DNA from: Mycolicibacterium smegmatis
GTDB lineage: Bacteria; Actinomycetota; Actinomycetes; Mycobacteriales; Mycobacteriaceae
Assembly: GCF_001457595.1 (NCBI RefSeq)
Contig: NZ_LN831039.1
Location: forward strand, 1,440,001 to 1,472,000
Length of the DNA stretch: 32,000 nucleotides
Direction: 5' to 3'
In this document: one piece after another, positions 9,827 to 18,900 of the stretch
How positions within the stretch are numbered: the first letter of the stretch is position 1
Layout of the letters: every line of letters starts with the position of its first letter
Made by a program: the position numbers and the translations under genes
Notes under the pieces: generated by a model
What the model was told of the DNA's origin: nothing
The model's input: the letters and a program-made list of their open reading frames with translations, nothing else
Database searches by the model: none

Positions 9827-11731
9827 GTGGTCGCACCGCTAACGCTGCAGTCCAAGAAACGTGTGCATCCGGTCGACGAGGTACCTCCCGTCGGCAAGCT
9901 CGCCACGTACGGGTTCCAACATGTGGTGGCGTTCTATGCCGGTGCGGTGCTGGTGCCGATCCTGATCGCCAGCGCCATCGACCTGCCCACGCAGGACCTG
10001 GTCAAGCTGATCACCGCCGACCTGTTCACGTGCGGTATCGCCTCGATCATCCAGGCCGTCGGGTTCTGGAAAGTCGGTGTGAGACTGCCGTTGCTGCAGG
10101 GCGTGACTTTCACCGGGGTGTCACCGATCATCGCGATCGGCCTCGCGCACGGCGGTGGTGCCTCCAGCCTGCTCTACGTGTACGGCGCGGTGATCGTCGC
10201 GGGCATCTTCACGTTCCTGATCGCTCCGGTGTTCATCAAGTTGCTGCGGTTCTTCCCGCCCGTGGTCACCGGAACGCTGATCACGATCATCGGGCTCTGC
10301 CTGGTGCCCGTCGGCGCGCACGACGCGGTGACCAATCCACACACCGGCGAGGTCGATCCCACCAACCTGCGGTGGTTCCTCTACGCCCTGGGCACCATCG
10401 CCGTCATCGTCGCGATCCAGCGGATCTTCAGTGGATTCCTGGCCACCATTGCGGTGCTGCTCGGGCTGGTGATCGGCTGCGCGGTGGCATACGCCTTGGG
10501 CGACATGAACTTCGACGACGTCGCACAGGCGAACATGTTCGGCTTCACCCAGCCGTTCCTGTTCGGCATGCCCAAGTTCGACTTCGTCGCGTGCCTGACG
10601 ATGATCATCGTGCTGATGATCACCGCGGTCGAGTCCACGGGAAGCACGTATGCGACCGGTGAGATCGTCGGCAAGCGCGTCAAGGCCTCCGACATCGGCA
10701 ACGTGCTGCGCGCCGACGGCCTGGCCACCAGCATCGGCGGCGTCTTCAACTCGTTCCCCTACACCGCGTTCTCGGAGAACGTCGGCCTGGTCCGGCTGAC
10801 CGGGGTGAAGAGCCGCTGGGTGGTGGCCGCCGCCGGCGTGATCATGATCCTGCTGGGGTTCCTGCCCAAGGTCGCCGCCGTGGTGTCCTCGATACCCCAG
10901 CCCGTGCTGGGTGGCGCCGCGCTCACGCTGTTCGCGACGGTGGCCGTCGTCGGCATCCAGACGCTGGGCAAGGTGGACTTCACCGACCACCGCAACCTCA
11001 TCATCGTCACCACCAGCCTCGCCGCGGCGCTGTGGGTGACGTCGTATCCCGATGTGGCGCAAGCGCTCCCGGCCGGTATCGATCTGCTGTTCGGCAGCGG
11101 CATCAGCATCGGCGCGATCTCCGCGATCCTGCTCAACGTGGTGTTCTTCCACCTCGGCGGTCGCGGTGCGCGCGTGGCGGGCAGCGGCACCATCACCCTC
11201 GACGAGGTCAACGCCATGACCGAGCAGCGTTTCAAAGAGGTGTTCGGGCGTGTGGTGCAGAACGTGCCGTGGGTGCTGGAGCGGGTGTACACCAGCCGGC
11301 CGTTCACCGATACGAACGCGCTGCGACAGGCGTTCCAGGACGCCCTGCTAGCCGGTTCGGCCGATCAACAATTGGAGCTGGTGCGGGCATTCCCGGATCT
11401 GGGCGCCGAGGACGAGACAGGGCATGCGCTGGCCGTCGACCACGTCGCGCTGTCCAACCTCGACGAGGACGACCACAACGACGTCGTGCAACTGGCCACC
11501 GCGTACCGCGAACACTTCGGATTCCCGCTCATCATCTGCGCGCGCGAGACCCAGCATTTCGACCGGATCCTGCAGAACGGCTGGTCGCGGATCGACAACT
11601 CGCCGGCCGCGGAGAAGTCGTTCGCGCTGATCGAGATCGCCAAGATCGTCAAATACCGGTTCGACGACCTGGTGGCCGACGCCAACCCGATTGCGGCAGC
11701 ACGCTTCGGTCGCCTCACCGAACTCCGGTGA
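9827..11731 (+). CDS. Nucleobase:cation symporter-2 (uracil/xanthine permease) with C-terminal OHCU-decarboxylase-like domain
   Basis: N-terminal ~450 aa NCS2 permease (FQHVVAFYAGAVLVPILI, FTGVSPIIAIG, ESTGSTYATGEIVGK, FNSFPYTAFSENVGLVRLTGVKSR). C-terminal ~160 aa resembles OHCU decarboxylase (MTEQRFKEVFGRVVQNVPWVLERVYTSRPF...YREHFGFPLIICARE...ALIEIAKIVKYRFDDLV). Start could also be GTG 9863. Confidence 0.92.
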   Translation: MVAPLTLQSKKRVHPVDEVPPVGKLATYGFQHVVAFYAGAVLVPILIASAIDLPTQDLVKLITADLFTCGIASIIQAVGFWKVGVRLPLLQGVTFTGVSPIIAIGLAHGGGASSLLYVYGAVIVAGIFTFLIAPVFIKLLRFFPPVVTGTLITIIGLCLVPVGAHDAVTNPHTGEVDPTNLRWFLYALGTIAVIVAIQRIFSGFLATIAVLLGLVIGCAVAYALGDMNFDDVAQANMFGFTQPFLFGMPKFDFVACLTMIIVLMITAVESTGSTYATGEIVGKRVKASDIGNVLRADGLATSIGGVFNSFPYTAFSENVGLVRLTGVKSRWVVAAAGVIMILLGFLPKVAAVVSSIPQPVLGGAALTLFATVAVVGIQTLGKVDFTDHRNLIIVTTSLAAALWVTSYPDVAQALPAGIDLLFGSGISIGAISAILLNVVFFHLGGRGARVAGSGTITLDEVNAMTEQRFKEVFGRVVQNVPWVLERVYTSRPFTDTNALRQAFQDALLAGSADQQLELVRAFPDLGAEDETGHALAVDHVALSNLDEDDHNDVVQLATAYREHFGFPLIICARETQHFDRILQNGWSRIDNSPAAEKSFALIEIAKIVKYRFDDLVADANPIAAARFGRLTELR

Positions 11732-12240
11732 CATGACCGGCCGCACACTCACCATCGCCGATTTCAATGAGCTCAGCGACCGCCAGCGGATGCACGTGCT
11801 GTTCGACGTGTGCACGTCCACGATCTGGGCCCGGCGGGTACTGGCCGGGGGACCGTTCCCCGACGTGGACGCGCTGCTGGACCGCGCCGACCGGGTGCTC
11901 GCCGAACTGCCCGACGCCGAGATCGACGAAGCGCTCGACGGGCACCCGCGCATCGGCGGCCGCGTCGACAACCCGTCCTCGGCGCGCGAACAGGCGGGCG
12001 TGGCTGACGCCGACGCGGCCGTTCGCGCCGAGCTGGCCGAGAAGAACCGTGTCTACGAGGACACGTTCGGGTACGTCTACCTGGTGTGTGCCAGCGGCCG
12101 CTCCGCCGAGGAACTTCTCGCGATCCTGACCGAGCGCCTGGAGAATGACCCGGAAACCGAACGCCGAGTCATGCGCAACGAGCTGGCGAAGATCAACCGG
12201 CTGCGGCTGCAACGCCTGTTCGCTGAGGGGGAGACATGAC
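11731..12240 (+). CDS. 2-oxo-4-hydroxy-4-carboxy-5-ureidoimidazoline (OHCU) decarboxylase
   Basis: MTGRTLTIADFNELSDRQRMHVLFDVC...DGHPRIGGRVDNPSSAREQAGV...NRVYEDTFGYVYLVCASGRSAEELLAILTERLEN...ELAKINRLRLQRLF; retains HPxxG and S-x-x-E-Q. Confidence 0.92.
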
Positions 12241-12553
12241 ACATATCAGCACCCACGTGCTCGACACCGTCACCGGGCGTCCGGCCGAGGGAGTTCCCGT
12301 CACGTTCAGCGACGCCGAGGGCACCGTGCTGGCACAGGGCACCACCGACAGCGACGGCCGCATCCCCGACCTGTACACCGGACCGGCGTCGGGAATCCAC
12401 CGGTTACGTTTCGACACCGCAACGTATTTCGCTGCACAGCAGGTGAGTAGCCTGTACCCGGAGGTCGTGGTCGCGCTGGACATCACCGGCGCCAAGTACC
12501 ACGTGCCGCTGCTCCTGGCGCCCTTCGCCTATTCGACGTACCGAGGAAGCTGA
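12236..12553 (+). CDS. 5-hydroxyisourate hydrolase (transthyretin-like)
   Basis: 105 aa; MTHISTHVLDTVTGRPAEGVPV...YHVPLLLAPFAYSTYRGS, the diagnostic C-terminal YRGS. Confidence 0.97.
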   Translation: MTHISTHVLDTVTGRPAEGVPVTFSDAEGTVLAQGTTDSDGRIPDLYTGPASGIHRLRFDTATYFAAQQVSSLYPEVVVALDITGAKYHVPLLLAPFAYSTYRGS

Positions 12554-12554
12554 T

Positions 12555-13454
12555 ATGTCCGACATCATCCTGGGCAAGAACCAGTACGGGAAGGCCGAGA
12601 ACCGCGTCGTGCGGATCTACCGCGACAGCCCGCGGCACGAGATCCGCGACCTCAACGTCTCAACCTGCCTGCGCGGCGATTTCAGCGGCGCGCACCTCAC
12701 GGGCGATCAGTCGCAGGTGCTGCCCACCGACAGCCAGAAGCAGACCGCGTACGCCTACGCCAAACAACCCGGCATCACGACCATCGAGGAGTACGGGCTG
12801 GCGCTCGCCCGCCACTTCGTCGATGACGTCGAACCCGTCGCTGCGGCGCGCATCGAGATCGACGAATATGCCTGGGAGCGTGTGGTTGTCGACGGTACCG
12901 AACACGACCACACCTGGATCCGCAAAGGTCAGGAGACCCGCACCGCGGCCGTGACGGTCGACGCGGACGGCGCCTGGATCGTCGGCGGCCTGAAAGACCT
13001 GGTGATCCTGAAGTCCACCGGATCGGAGTTCGCCGGATTCCTCACCGACGAGTACACGGTCCTCGAACCCACCCACGACCGCGTGATGGCGACCTCGCTG
13101 ATCGCGCAGTGGCGGTTCACCACCACCGACGCCGACTGGGACGCCATCTACACCGGGGTCAAGGCGCATTTGGTCGAACAGTTCGCGGTGCTGCAGTCGA
13201 AGGCATTGCAGCAGACGCTGTTCCACATGGGCAAGGCCGTGCTGGAGAGCTACCCGATGATCGCCGAGGTGCGCCTGTCCGCACCCAACAAGCACCACTT
13301 CGCCTACGACCTGTCGCGGTTCGGGCTGGAGAACAACAACGAGGTGTTCCACGCCGACGACCGCCCGTACGGCCTGATCCAGGCCACCGTCACCCGCGAC
13401 GACGCGCCGCCGCCCGGACCGGCATGGGATCTGCAGCAGGGCTGGCTCGCGTGA
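12555..13454 (+). CDS. Urate oxidase (uricase)
   Basis: 299 aa; ILGKNQYGKAENRVVRIYRDS...HLTGDQSQVLPTDSQKQTAYAYAK...LKSTGSEFAGFLTDEYTVL...ATSLIAQWRF...PNKHHFAYDLSRFGLENNNEVFHADDRPYGLIQATV. Confidence 0.96.
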   Translation: MSDIILGKNQYGKAENRVVRIYRDSPRHEIRDLNVSTCLRGDFSGAHLTGDQSQVLPTDSQKQTAYAYAKQPGITTIEEYGLALARHFVDDVEPVAAARIEIDEYAWERVVVDGTEHDHTWIRKGQETRTAAVTVDADGAWIVGGLKDLVILKSTGSEFAGFLTDEYTVLEPTHDRVMATSLIAQWRFTTTDADWDAIYTGVKAHLVEQFAVLQSKALQQTLFHMGKAVLESYPMIAEVRLSAPNKHHFAYDLSRFGLENNNEVFHADDRPYGLIQATVTRDDAPPPGPAWDLQQGWLA

Positions 13455-13470
13455 CGCGCTGGGGGACACC

Positions 13471-14829
13471 GTGGCGAGGCTGGTGATCGACGGCGCCGCG
13501 ATCGCCACCGTCGACGCAGCGCACACCGAACACAACCGCGGGTACATCGTCGTCGACGACAACATCATCACCGCGGTCGGCGCGGGCCCGGCGCCCGAGG
13601 TGCCCGGCGCCAAGACCATCGATGCGCGGGGGTGCCTGGCCACACCGGGCCTGGTGAACACCCACCACCACCTGTATCAGTGGATCACCCGTGGCCACGC
13701 GCAGGACGGCACGCTCTTCGAATGGCTGACCACGCTGTACCCCCTGTGGAGCCACCTGGACGCCGACCTGGAGTACGTCGCCGCCAGTGCGGCACTCGCG
13801 GCGCTCGCACTGTCCGGGTGCACCACGACCACCGACCACCACTACGTGTTCCCCCGCGGCGGCGGTGATGTGCTCGGAGCGGAAATCGCTGCCGCACAAC
13901 GCATAGGGCTGCGCTTTCACCCCACCCGCGGCTCGATGGACCTGGGCGCCTCGGCAGGCGGACTGCCGCCCGACAACGTGGTCGAGGACATCGACGCCAT
14001 CCTCGCGGCAGGTCAGGACGCCGTGAGCGCGCATCACGACCCCTCGTTCGGGTCGATGTGCAGAATCGCGCTGGCCCCGTGCTCGCCGTTCTCGGTGAGC
14101 GGCGAGTTGATGCGGGAGTCCGCGGCTCTGGCCCGCGAGCTCGGCGTGCGGCTGCACACCCACATCGCCGAAACCACCGACGAAGAGCAGTTCTGCCTCG
14201 AGCGCTTCGGCGCACGTCCCGTCGACTACGTCGAATCGCTGGGCTGGCTGGGCGACGACGTCTGGTTTGCGCACGGTGTGCACCTCTCGGCGTCTGACAT
14301 CGCCAAGCTCGCGCAGACCGGCACGGGGGTGGCGCACTGCCCGAGCTCCAACGCGCGCCTGGGTGCGGGCACCGCACCGATCCCCGAACTGTTGGCCGCG
14401 GGCGTGCCCGTGGGCCTGGGTGTCGACGGCGTGGCCTCCAACGAGCACGGCGGCCTGGGCGGCGAGCTGAGGCAGGCGCTGCTGATGGCGCGCAACCGCT
14501 TGGAGCCGACGGCGATCACTGCGCGACAAGTACTGCAAGCGGGCACAATCGGCGGTGCCCGGTGCCTCGGCCGTGACCGCGAACTGGGCTCGCTCGAACC
14601 CGGCAAGCTGGCCGACATCGCGCTGTGGCGGGTGGACGGCCTGGGCCACGCCGACATCGACGACCCCGTGTGCGCGCTGGTGTTCGGGCCGCCCGCGCCG
14701 CTGCGGTTGCTGCTGGTCAACGGCGTCCCCGTGGTCGCCGACGATGAGTTGCGCACGGCCGATACGGCGACGTTGGCGGGTGATGCCCGCGACGCGGCCC
14801 GCACACTGCGAGCGCGGGCCGGAACATGA
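13471..14829 (+). CDS. Amidohydrolase, 8-oxoguanine deaminase-like
   Basis: GTG start at 13471; GLVNTHHHLYQWITRG, LHTHIAETTDEEQFCLERFG, FAHGVHLS, VAHCPSSNARLGAG, GLGVDGVASNE. TrzN/8-oxoguanine deaminase type; context of purine genes. Confidence 0.85.
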   Translation: MARLVIDGAAIATVDAAHTEHNRGYIVVDDNIITAVGAGPAPEVPGAKTIDARGCLATPGLVNTHHHLYQWITRGHAQDGTLFEWLTTLYPLWSHLDADLEYVAASAALAALALSGCTTTTDHHYVFPRGGGDVLGAEIAAAQRIGLRFHPTRGSMDLGASAGGLPPDNVVEDIDAILAAGQDAVSAHHDPSFGSMCRIALAPCSPFSVSGELMRESAALARELGVRLHTHIAETTDEEQFCLERFGARPVDYVESLGWLGDDVWFAHGVHLSASDIAKLAQTGTGVAHCPSSNARLGAGTAPIPELLAAGVPVGLGVDGVASNEHGGLGGELRQALLMARNRLEPTAITARQVLQAGTIGGARCLGRDRELGSLEPGKLADIALWRVDGLGHADIDDPVCALVFGPPAPLRLLLVNGVPVVADDELRTADTATLAGDARDAARTLRARAGT

Positions 14830-16160
14830 CGACCTACCGCGGGCACCTGATCCACATCGGCGGTGCGCCGCGACTTGCCGACGCCGCGCAGTGCCTGGTG
14901 AACGAACCCGACGGCGCCATCGTGGTCGACGACACCGGGCGGATCACCTACAGCGGTCCGTTCGACGCGCGGCCCGACGGCGGTGCGGTGGTTGATCTGC
15001 GGCCTGCGTTCCTGCTGCCGGGATTCGTCGACACGCACATCCATTTCCCGCAGACCTACTGCACCGACTCCTACGGCGGCGGCCAGTTGCTGGACTGGTT
15101 GTCGCGCTGCATCTTTCCCGCCGAGGCGAAGCTCGCCGATCCTGCGTACGCGCAGCGGGTCGCGCAGGACTTCTGCCGTCGCCGGATCAGCGTCGGGACG
15201 ACCACCGCGCTGGTGTTCGGGTCGGCGTTCTCACACGCGCAGGACGCATTGTTCCGTGAGTCGATCCGGACCGGGCTGCGGACCATCTCGGGGCGGGGGA
15301 TTCAGACCGTGGGCCCGCCGTCGGCCGAGCCGTTGCTCACCGACGAGGCGACGGCCATCTCGTTGGTGGCCGAGGAAATCGTCCGATGGCACGCCGCCGA
15401 CACCGGTGATCCGGCGACGGCGCTGGTGCACGCCGCGGTGGTGCCGCGGTTCGCGCTGTCGGTGACCACCCAGACCCTGCATGCGCTCGGCGAACTCTAC
15501 GACTCGGTCCGCGACCGCGGCGTGTACTTCCACACCCACCTCAACGAGAACATCGACGAGGTCGCCGCGGTTCGCGAAACCTACGGTGTGCAAAGCTACC
15601 TGGACACCTACGACGCGATCGGCAAGACCCTGCTGGGGCCACGCAGTGTGCTGGCACATGCTGTGCACTGCACACGCGATGAACTGGCGCGGATGGCCGA
15701 CACCGGCACGTCGATCGCGCATTGCCCCACCTCGCAGCTGTTCCTCGGCAGCGGCGTCATGCCGTGGCGGGCGACGGTGGGAAGCGGGGTGAATGTCGCC
15801 CTCGGAACTGATGTGAGCGCGGGCGACGAGTGGCTGATACCGCGCGTGCTCAACGACTGCTTCAAGGTGCACATGTCCGAACCGGGCGATCAGGCCGTGG
15901 CGCTGCATCCGGCCGAGCTGCTGTTCACCGCGACGCTCGCCGGCGCGCGGGCCCTTGCGCTGGAGGACCGCATCGGTAACCTCGACGCCGGCAAGGAGGC
16001 CGACTTCGTGGTGGTCGACCCGCACCGCCAGGAACTGCTGGCCGAATCCCTTTCCCAGATCGACGAATACGACCGTGACGCACAGTTGTTCACGCTGCTG
16101 ATGGGCATGCGGGAACAGGCTGTGGTCCAGGTCTACGTGAAAGGCCGCAAGCTCAACTGA
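14826..16160 (+). CDS. guaD: Guanine deaminase
   Basis: 444 aa; LLPGFVDTHIHFPQTY, YFHTHLNENIDEV, HAVHCTRDELARMADTGTSIAHCPTSQLFLGSG, ALGTDVSAGDE. ATGA overlap with the upstream gene. Confidence 0.93.
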   Translation: MTTYRGHLIHIGGAPRLADAAQCLVNEPDGAIVVDDTGRITYSGPFDARPDGGAVVDLRPAFLLPGFVDTHIHFPQTYCTDSYGGGQLLDWLSRCIFPAEAKLADPAYAQRVAQDFCRRRISVGTTTALVFGSAFSHAQDALFRESIRTGLRTISGRGIQTVGPPSAEPLLTDEATAISLVAEEIVRWHAADTGDPATALVHAAVVPRFALSVTTQTLHALGELYDSVRDRGVYFHTHLNENIDEVAAVRETYGVQSYLDTYDAIGKTLLGPRSVLAHAVHCTRDELARMADTGTSIAHCPTSQLFLGSGVMPWRATVGSGVNVALGTDVSAGDEWLIPRVLNDCFKVHMSEPGDQAVALHPAELLFTATLAGARALALEDRIGNLDAGKEADFVVVDPHRQELLAESLSQIDEYDRDAQLFTLLMGMREQAVVQVYVKGRKLN

Positions 16161-16304
16161 CCTACTGCTGCGGTTGCGGGCATGCGCGAGCGGGCTTATG
16201 TTGCGAATACCCGAGTTCAACGTGATACGACGTCCCCAGCAGGGCGGGATACGGACACCTCCGGGCCGTACGACTGTGAAGTCACCACGCCAAAGGAGTT
16301 CGCC

Positions 16305-17363
16305 ATGAGCAGTTTTCGGGTGCCGGCCATCGACATCAGCCCCTACGTGACGCATGGGTCCGCGTCGTCAAGGGCCACGGTCGCCGCTGATATGGACCAC
16401 GCGTGCAGCACCGTGGGTTTCGTCCAGATTCACGGCCACGGCATCGATCCCGGAGTGATCGCCGGTCTCACCGACGCCGCCGATGCGTTCTTCGGACTGC
16501 CGCTCGCCGAAAAGAACAGGTGGCGTCGTCCGGCGTCGGAGAACCGCGGGTACAGTCCGCCGAAATCCGAATCGTTGCGGCTGAGCCTGGACGCGGCGTC
16601 GACCAACAACATGAACGACTTCTTCGAGGCGTTCAACGTGGGCCGCTCGCTGGATGATTACCCGAACGTCCCCGACGACGTGCGGCATCACTACGCCACG
16701 AACACCTGGCCGGACGTCGACGGATTCGACAGCGCGGTGTGGGCGTACTTCGGTGAAGCCGAACGGGTCGCGACGACCATGACCACGATCTTCGCCGACG
16801 CGCTGCACCTCCCCGTCGACTACTTCACGAGCCGCACCGGTCACTCGGTCAACACGTTGCGGATCAACAACTATGCGCTACCCGAGGACACCCGAGTTCC
16901 CACCGACGGTGAGTTGATCGGCATGGGTGAGCACACCGATTACGGCATCGTCACCGTGCTGTGGGCCGATCAGGCTCCAGGTTTGCAGATCCTCGGCAGC
17001 GACGGCGCCTGGCACGACGTCAGACCGGACGACGGCGCGTTGCTGATCAACCTCGGCGATCTCACCGCGCGGCTCACCAACGAACGCTGGTTGTCCACGC
17101 TGCACCGGGTGCGGCCGCCGGTGGTCGACGGACGAGTGCAACGGCGTCGCTCCGCGGCGTTCTTTTTCGACGCGAACGCCGACGCCGTCATCGCGCCCCA
17201 CCCGTCGTTCGTCGACGCGTCGCGTCCTGCGCTGTACGAACCGGTCACGGTCGACGAGCATCTGCGCGCCAAACTGGCGGGTTCGCGCATCGGGATTCCC
17301 AACACCGCAGCCGAACGCGAATCGGCCCGGTTGCACGCCTCGAGCTCGTCGGGCGCGCAGTAA
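16305..17363 (+). CDS. 2-oxoglutarate/Fe(II)-dependent oxygenase, isopenicillin-N-synthase-like family
   Basis: In-frame ATG 16305 after AAAGGAGTT RBS; VPAIDISPYV, GFVQIHGHGI, GEHTDYGIVTVLW (HxD), STLHRVRPP (distal His), RRRSAAFFF (RxS). Confidence 0.92.
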   Translation: MSSFRVPAIDISPYVTHGSASSRATVAADMDHACSTVGFVQIHGHGIDPGVIAGLTDAADAFFGLPLAEKNRWRRPASENRGYSPPKSESLRLSLDAASTNNMNDFFEAFNVGRSLDDYPNVPDDVRHHYATNTWPDVDGFDSAVWAYFGEAERVATTMTTIFADALHLPVDYFTSRTGHSVNTLRINNYALPEDTRVPTDGELIGMGEHTDYGIVTVLWADQAPGLQILGSDGAWHDVRPDDGALLINLGDLTARLTNERWLSTLHRVRPPVVDGRVQRRRSAAFFFDANADAVIAPHPSFVDASRPALYEPVTVDEHLRAKLAGSRIGIPNTAAERESARLHASSSSGAQ

Positions 17364-17493
17364 GGGTGCGCCGGGGAGATATTTGAACCCGGCAAATTAG
17401 CCGAATCCACCGTTCGTACGACTGTGCGGCGAGTACGGTGCGCTATACCGTTGCGTTTGCAACGCCGGCTTTCAGACGTACCTGGAGGGGTGT

Positions 17494-17886
17494 ATGTCGA
17501 AGGGCTTCCGCCTGCAGTATCCCTGCGGATCCGGTGTACTGCTGTTGGTGGGCCTGGGCATAGGAGTTGCCCGCGTTCGGGAGAGCAGTTCGACCAAGCC
17601 GAGGAAGTTCGATCGACGCGCCGTCGGGCAGGTTGTCACTGCCGCGCGCCGGATCGTCGGCTCCTACGCAGAATTGCCGACCCAGTACGTCGATGCCCAC
17701 GGTCACGCGTACTCGACGAACCTTCCCGCGTCGCAAGCATGTTCGATTCCCGTGGCGCCCCGATGTGAACATGCCCTGCTGCCGCGCGTCGTCGAGGATG
17801 GCGCGTCGGCCGGCCGGCTGGTCCTGAAATCGACGTGGAACGTCGAACCGGCGCGGGATCGTGCCGTGGTGGAGCAGTCCGCGTAG
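17494..17886 (+). CDS. Hypothetical ORF; uncertain whether coding
   Basis: 130 aa open frame MSKGFRLQYPCGSGVLLLVG...; GC3 moderate, no recognised family, competing antisense ORF. Confidence 0.25.
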   Translation: MSKGFRLQYPCGSGVLLLVGLGIGVARVRESSSTKPRKFDRRAVGQVVTAARRIVGSYAELPTQYVDAHGHAYSTNLPASQACSIPVAPRCEHALLPRVVEDGASAGRLVLKSTWNVEPARDRAVVEQSA

Positions 17887-17999
17887 ATCGCGCACATCTG
17901 GCGCCCTGAGCAGGGCGAACACCAACTTGTCGGTGCCCTCTGTCAATCTGTTCGGCTCGCAACCGTGCGGGCGACGAACGACAGATTGGGGGAACTGCC

Positions 18000-18335
18000 A
18001 TGACCGCCTGCTCGGCGCGAATGCCTTTGAACGGACATCGGCCCAACAGCCACATCGAGGCCCTGACGGCGTCGGTGTGCCCGGAGCCCACGCGACCCGC
18101 ACGCCCTGCGCGCGTGGAGCTTTCGGCCCGCGAACAGGAGATCCTGATCGCGTGGCTGAAATCCGACAGCAAGACCGAGGTCGGAAAGGCGCTGCACCTC
18201 GCACCCGGCACGGTGCGCACGTACCTGCAGCGCATCCGCGACAAGTACGAGCGCGCCGGGCGTCCCGCCCGCACCAAGGCCGCGCTCGTGGCGCGGGCGA
18301 TCCAGGACGGCTACGTCGATGTGGCGGACCTGTGA
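18000..18335 (+). CDS. Small LuxR-type helix-turn-helix protein lacking a receiver/sensor domain
   Basis: 111 aa; VELSAREQEILIAWLKSDSKTEVGKALHLAPGTVRTYLQRIRDKYERAGRPARTKAALVARAIQDG; short non-conserved N-terminus. Confidence 0.78.
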   Translation: MTACSARMPLNGHRPNSHIEALTASVCPEPTRPARPARVELSAREQEILIAWLKSDSKTEVGKALHLAPGTVRTYLQRIRDKYERAGRPARTKAALVARAIQDGYVDVADL

Positions 18336-18577
18336 TGCGGGTGCACATTCTCCGGGCCGACGACTGGACGGCCGGTGTGATCACACTGCTGGCGCCCGCG
18401 TAACCATGCCGGCCGTGGCGTCACCCGGTTGGGGGCGCCCGGCTGCCGGAGGCTTTCCACATCCACACGGTGGACCCGTTGCCGCGTGTCGGTCCTCATC
18501 AGCCGCTACGCAACTCCGCCCGCGTTGATTGCCGAGACCTCGTGCAAGAGAGCGGGTTTCGATCATAGGTGGATTTT

Positions 18578-18745
18578 ATGTTCGCACAGCATCCCGAATG
18601 TCCGGCGTGTGGCGGCCGGCAGACCACGAAGCTGGTGTACGGCATGCCGGTCGACACCGACTCGTGGGATCCGTGGCTGTACCCGGCCGGATGCTGCGTC
18701 ATGCCCCAGCAATGGCGCTGTGAGGTCTGTGATCACGAATGGTGA
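18578..18745 (+). CDS. 55-aa Cys-rich (zinc-ribbon-like) micro-protein, absent from the supplied ORF track
   Basis: Direct translation: MFAQHPECPACGGRQTTKLVYGMPVDTDSWDPWLYPAGCCVMPQQWRCEVCDHEW*; paired CPAC and CEVC knuckles. Confidence 0.6.
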   Translation: MFAQHPECPACGGRQTTKLVYGMPVDTDSWDPWLYPAGCCVMPQQWRCEVCDHEW

Positions 18746-18764
18746 TGCCCCGCGGTCTGGGGAG

Positions 18765-18858
18765 GTGGGGTATTCATGAAAAGTGCGATATCACCGGTGA
18801 TATCGCACTTCTTACGCAAGCACATAACGCTCACAGGTGCTGAAGTGACGGTTGTGAC
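18765..18858. repeat. Repeat copy A (~94 bp) containing the 30-bp palindrome
   Basis: gtggggtattcatgaaaagtgcgatatcaccggtgatatcgcacttc...caggtgctgaagtgacggttgtgac; aligns with 21724..21818. Confidence 0.85.
18781..18810. repeat. Perfect 30-bp palindrome, copy A
   Basis: AAGTGCGATATCACC|GGTGATATCGCACTT, 15-bp arms, no spacer. Confidence 0.95.
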
Positions 18859-18900
18859 GACCACTCCGACTTGTCACCACGTCTGAGTAGCGTCCGCGAC

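Noticed and set aside
13390-14649. 419-aa minus strand ORF
   Set aside because: Antisense to the amidohydrolase, low-complexity high-GC translation.
17449-17464. Small inverted repeat CGTTGC-GTTT-GCAACG as terminator or operator
   Set aside because: Only 6-bp arms, no T-tract, expected by chance at this GC content.
18346-18403. 22-codon ORF ATGCGGGTGCACATTCTCCGGGCC... overlapping the LuxR-HTH region as TGATG-like coupling
   Set aside because: Too short, no conserved features; cannot be distinguished from chance.
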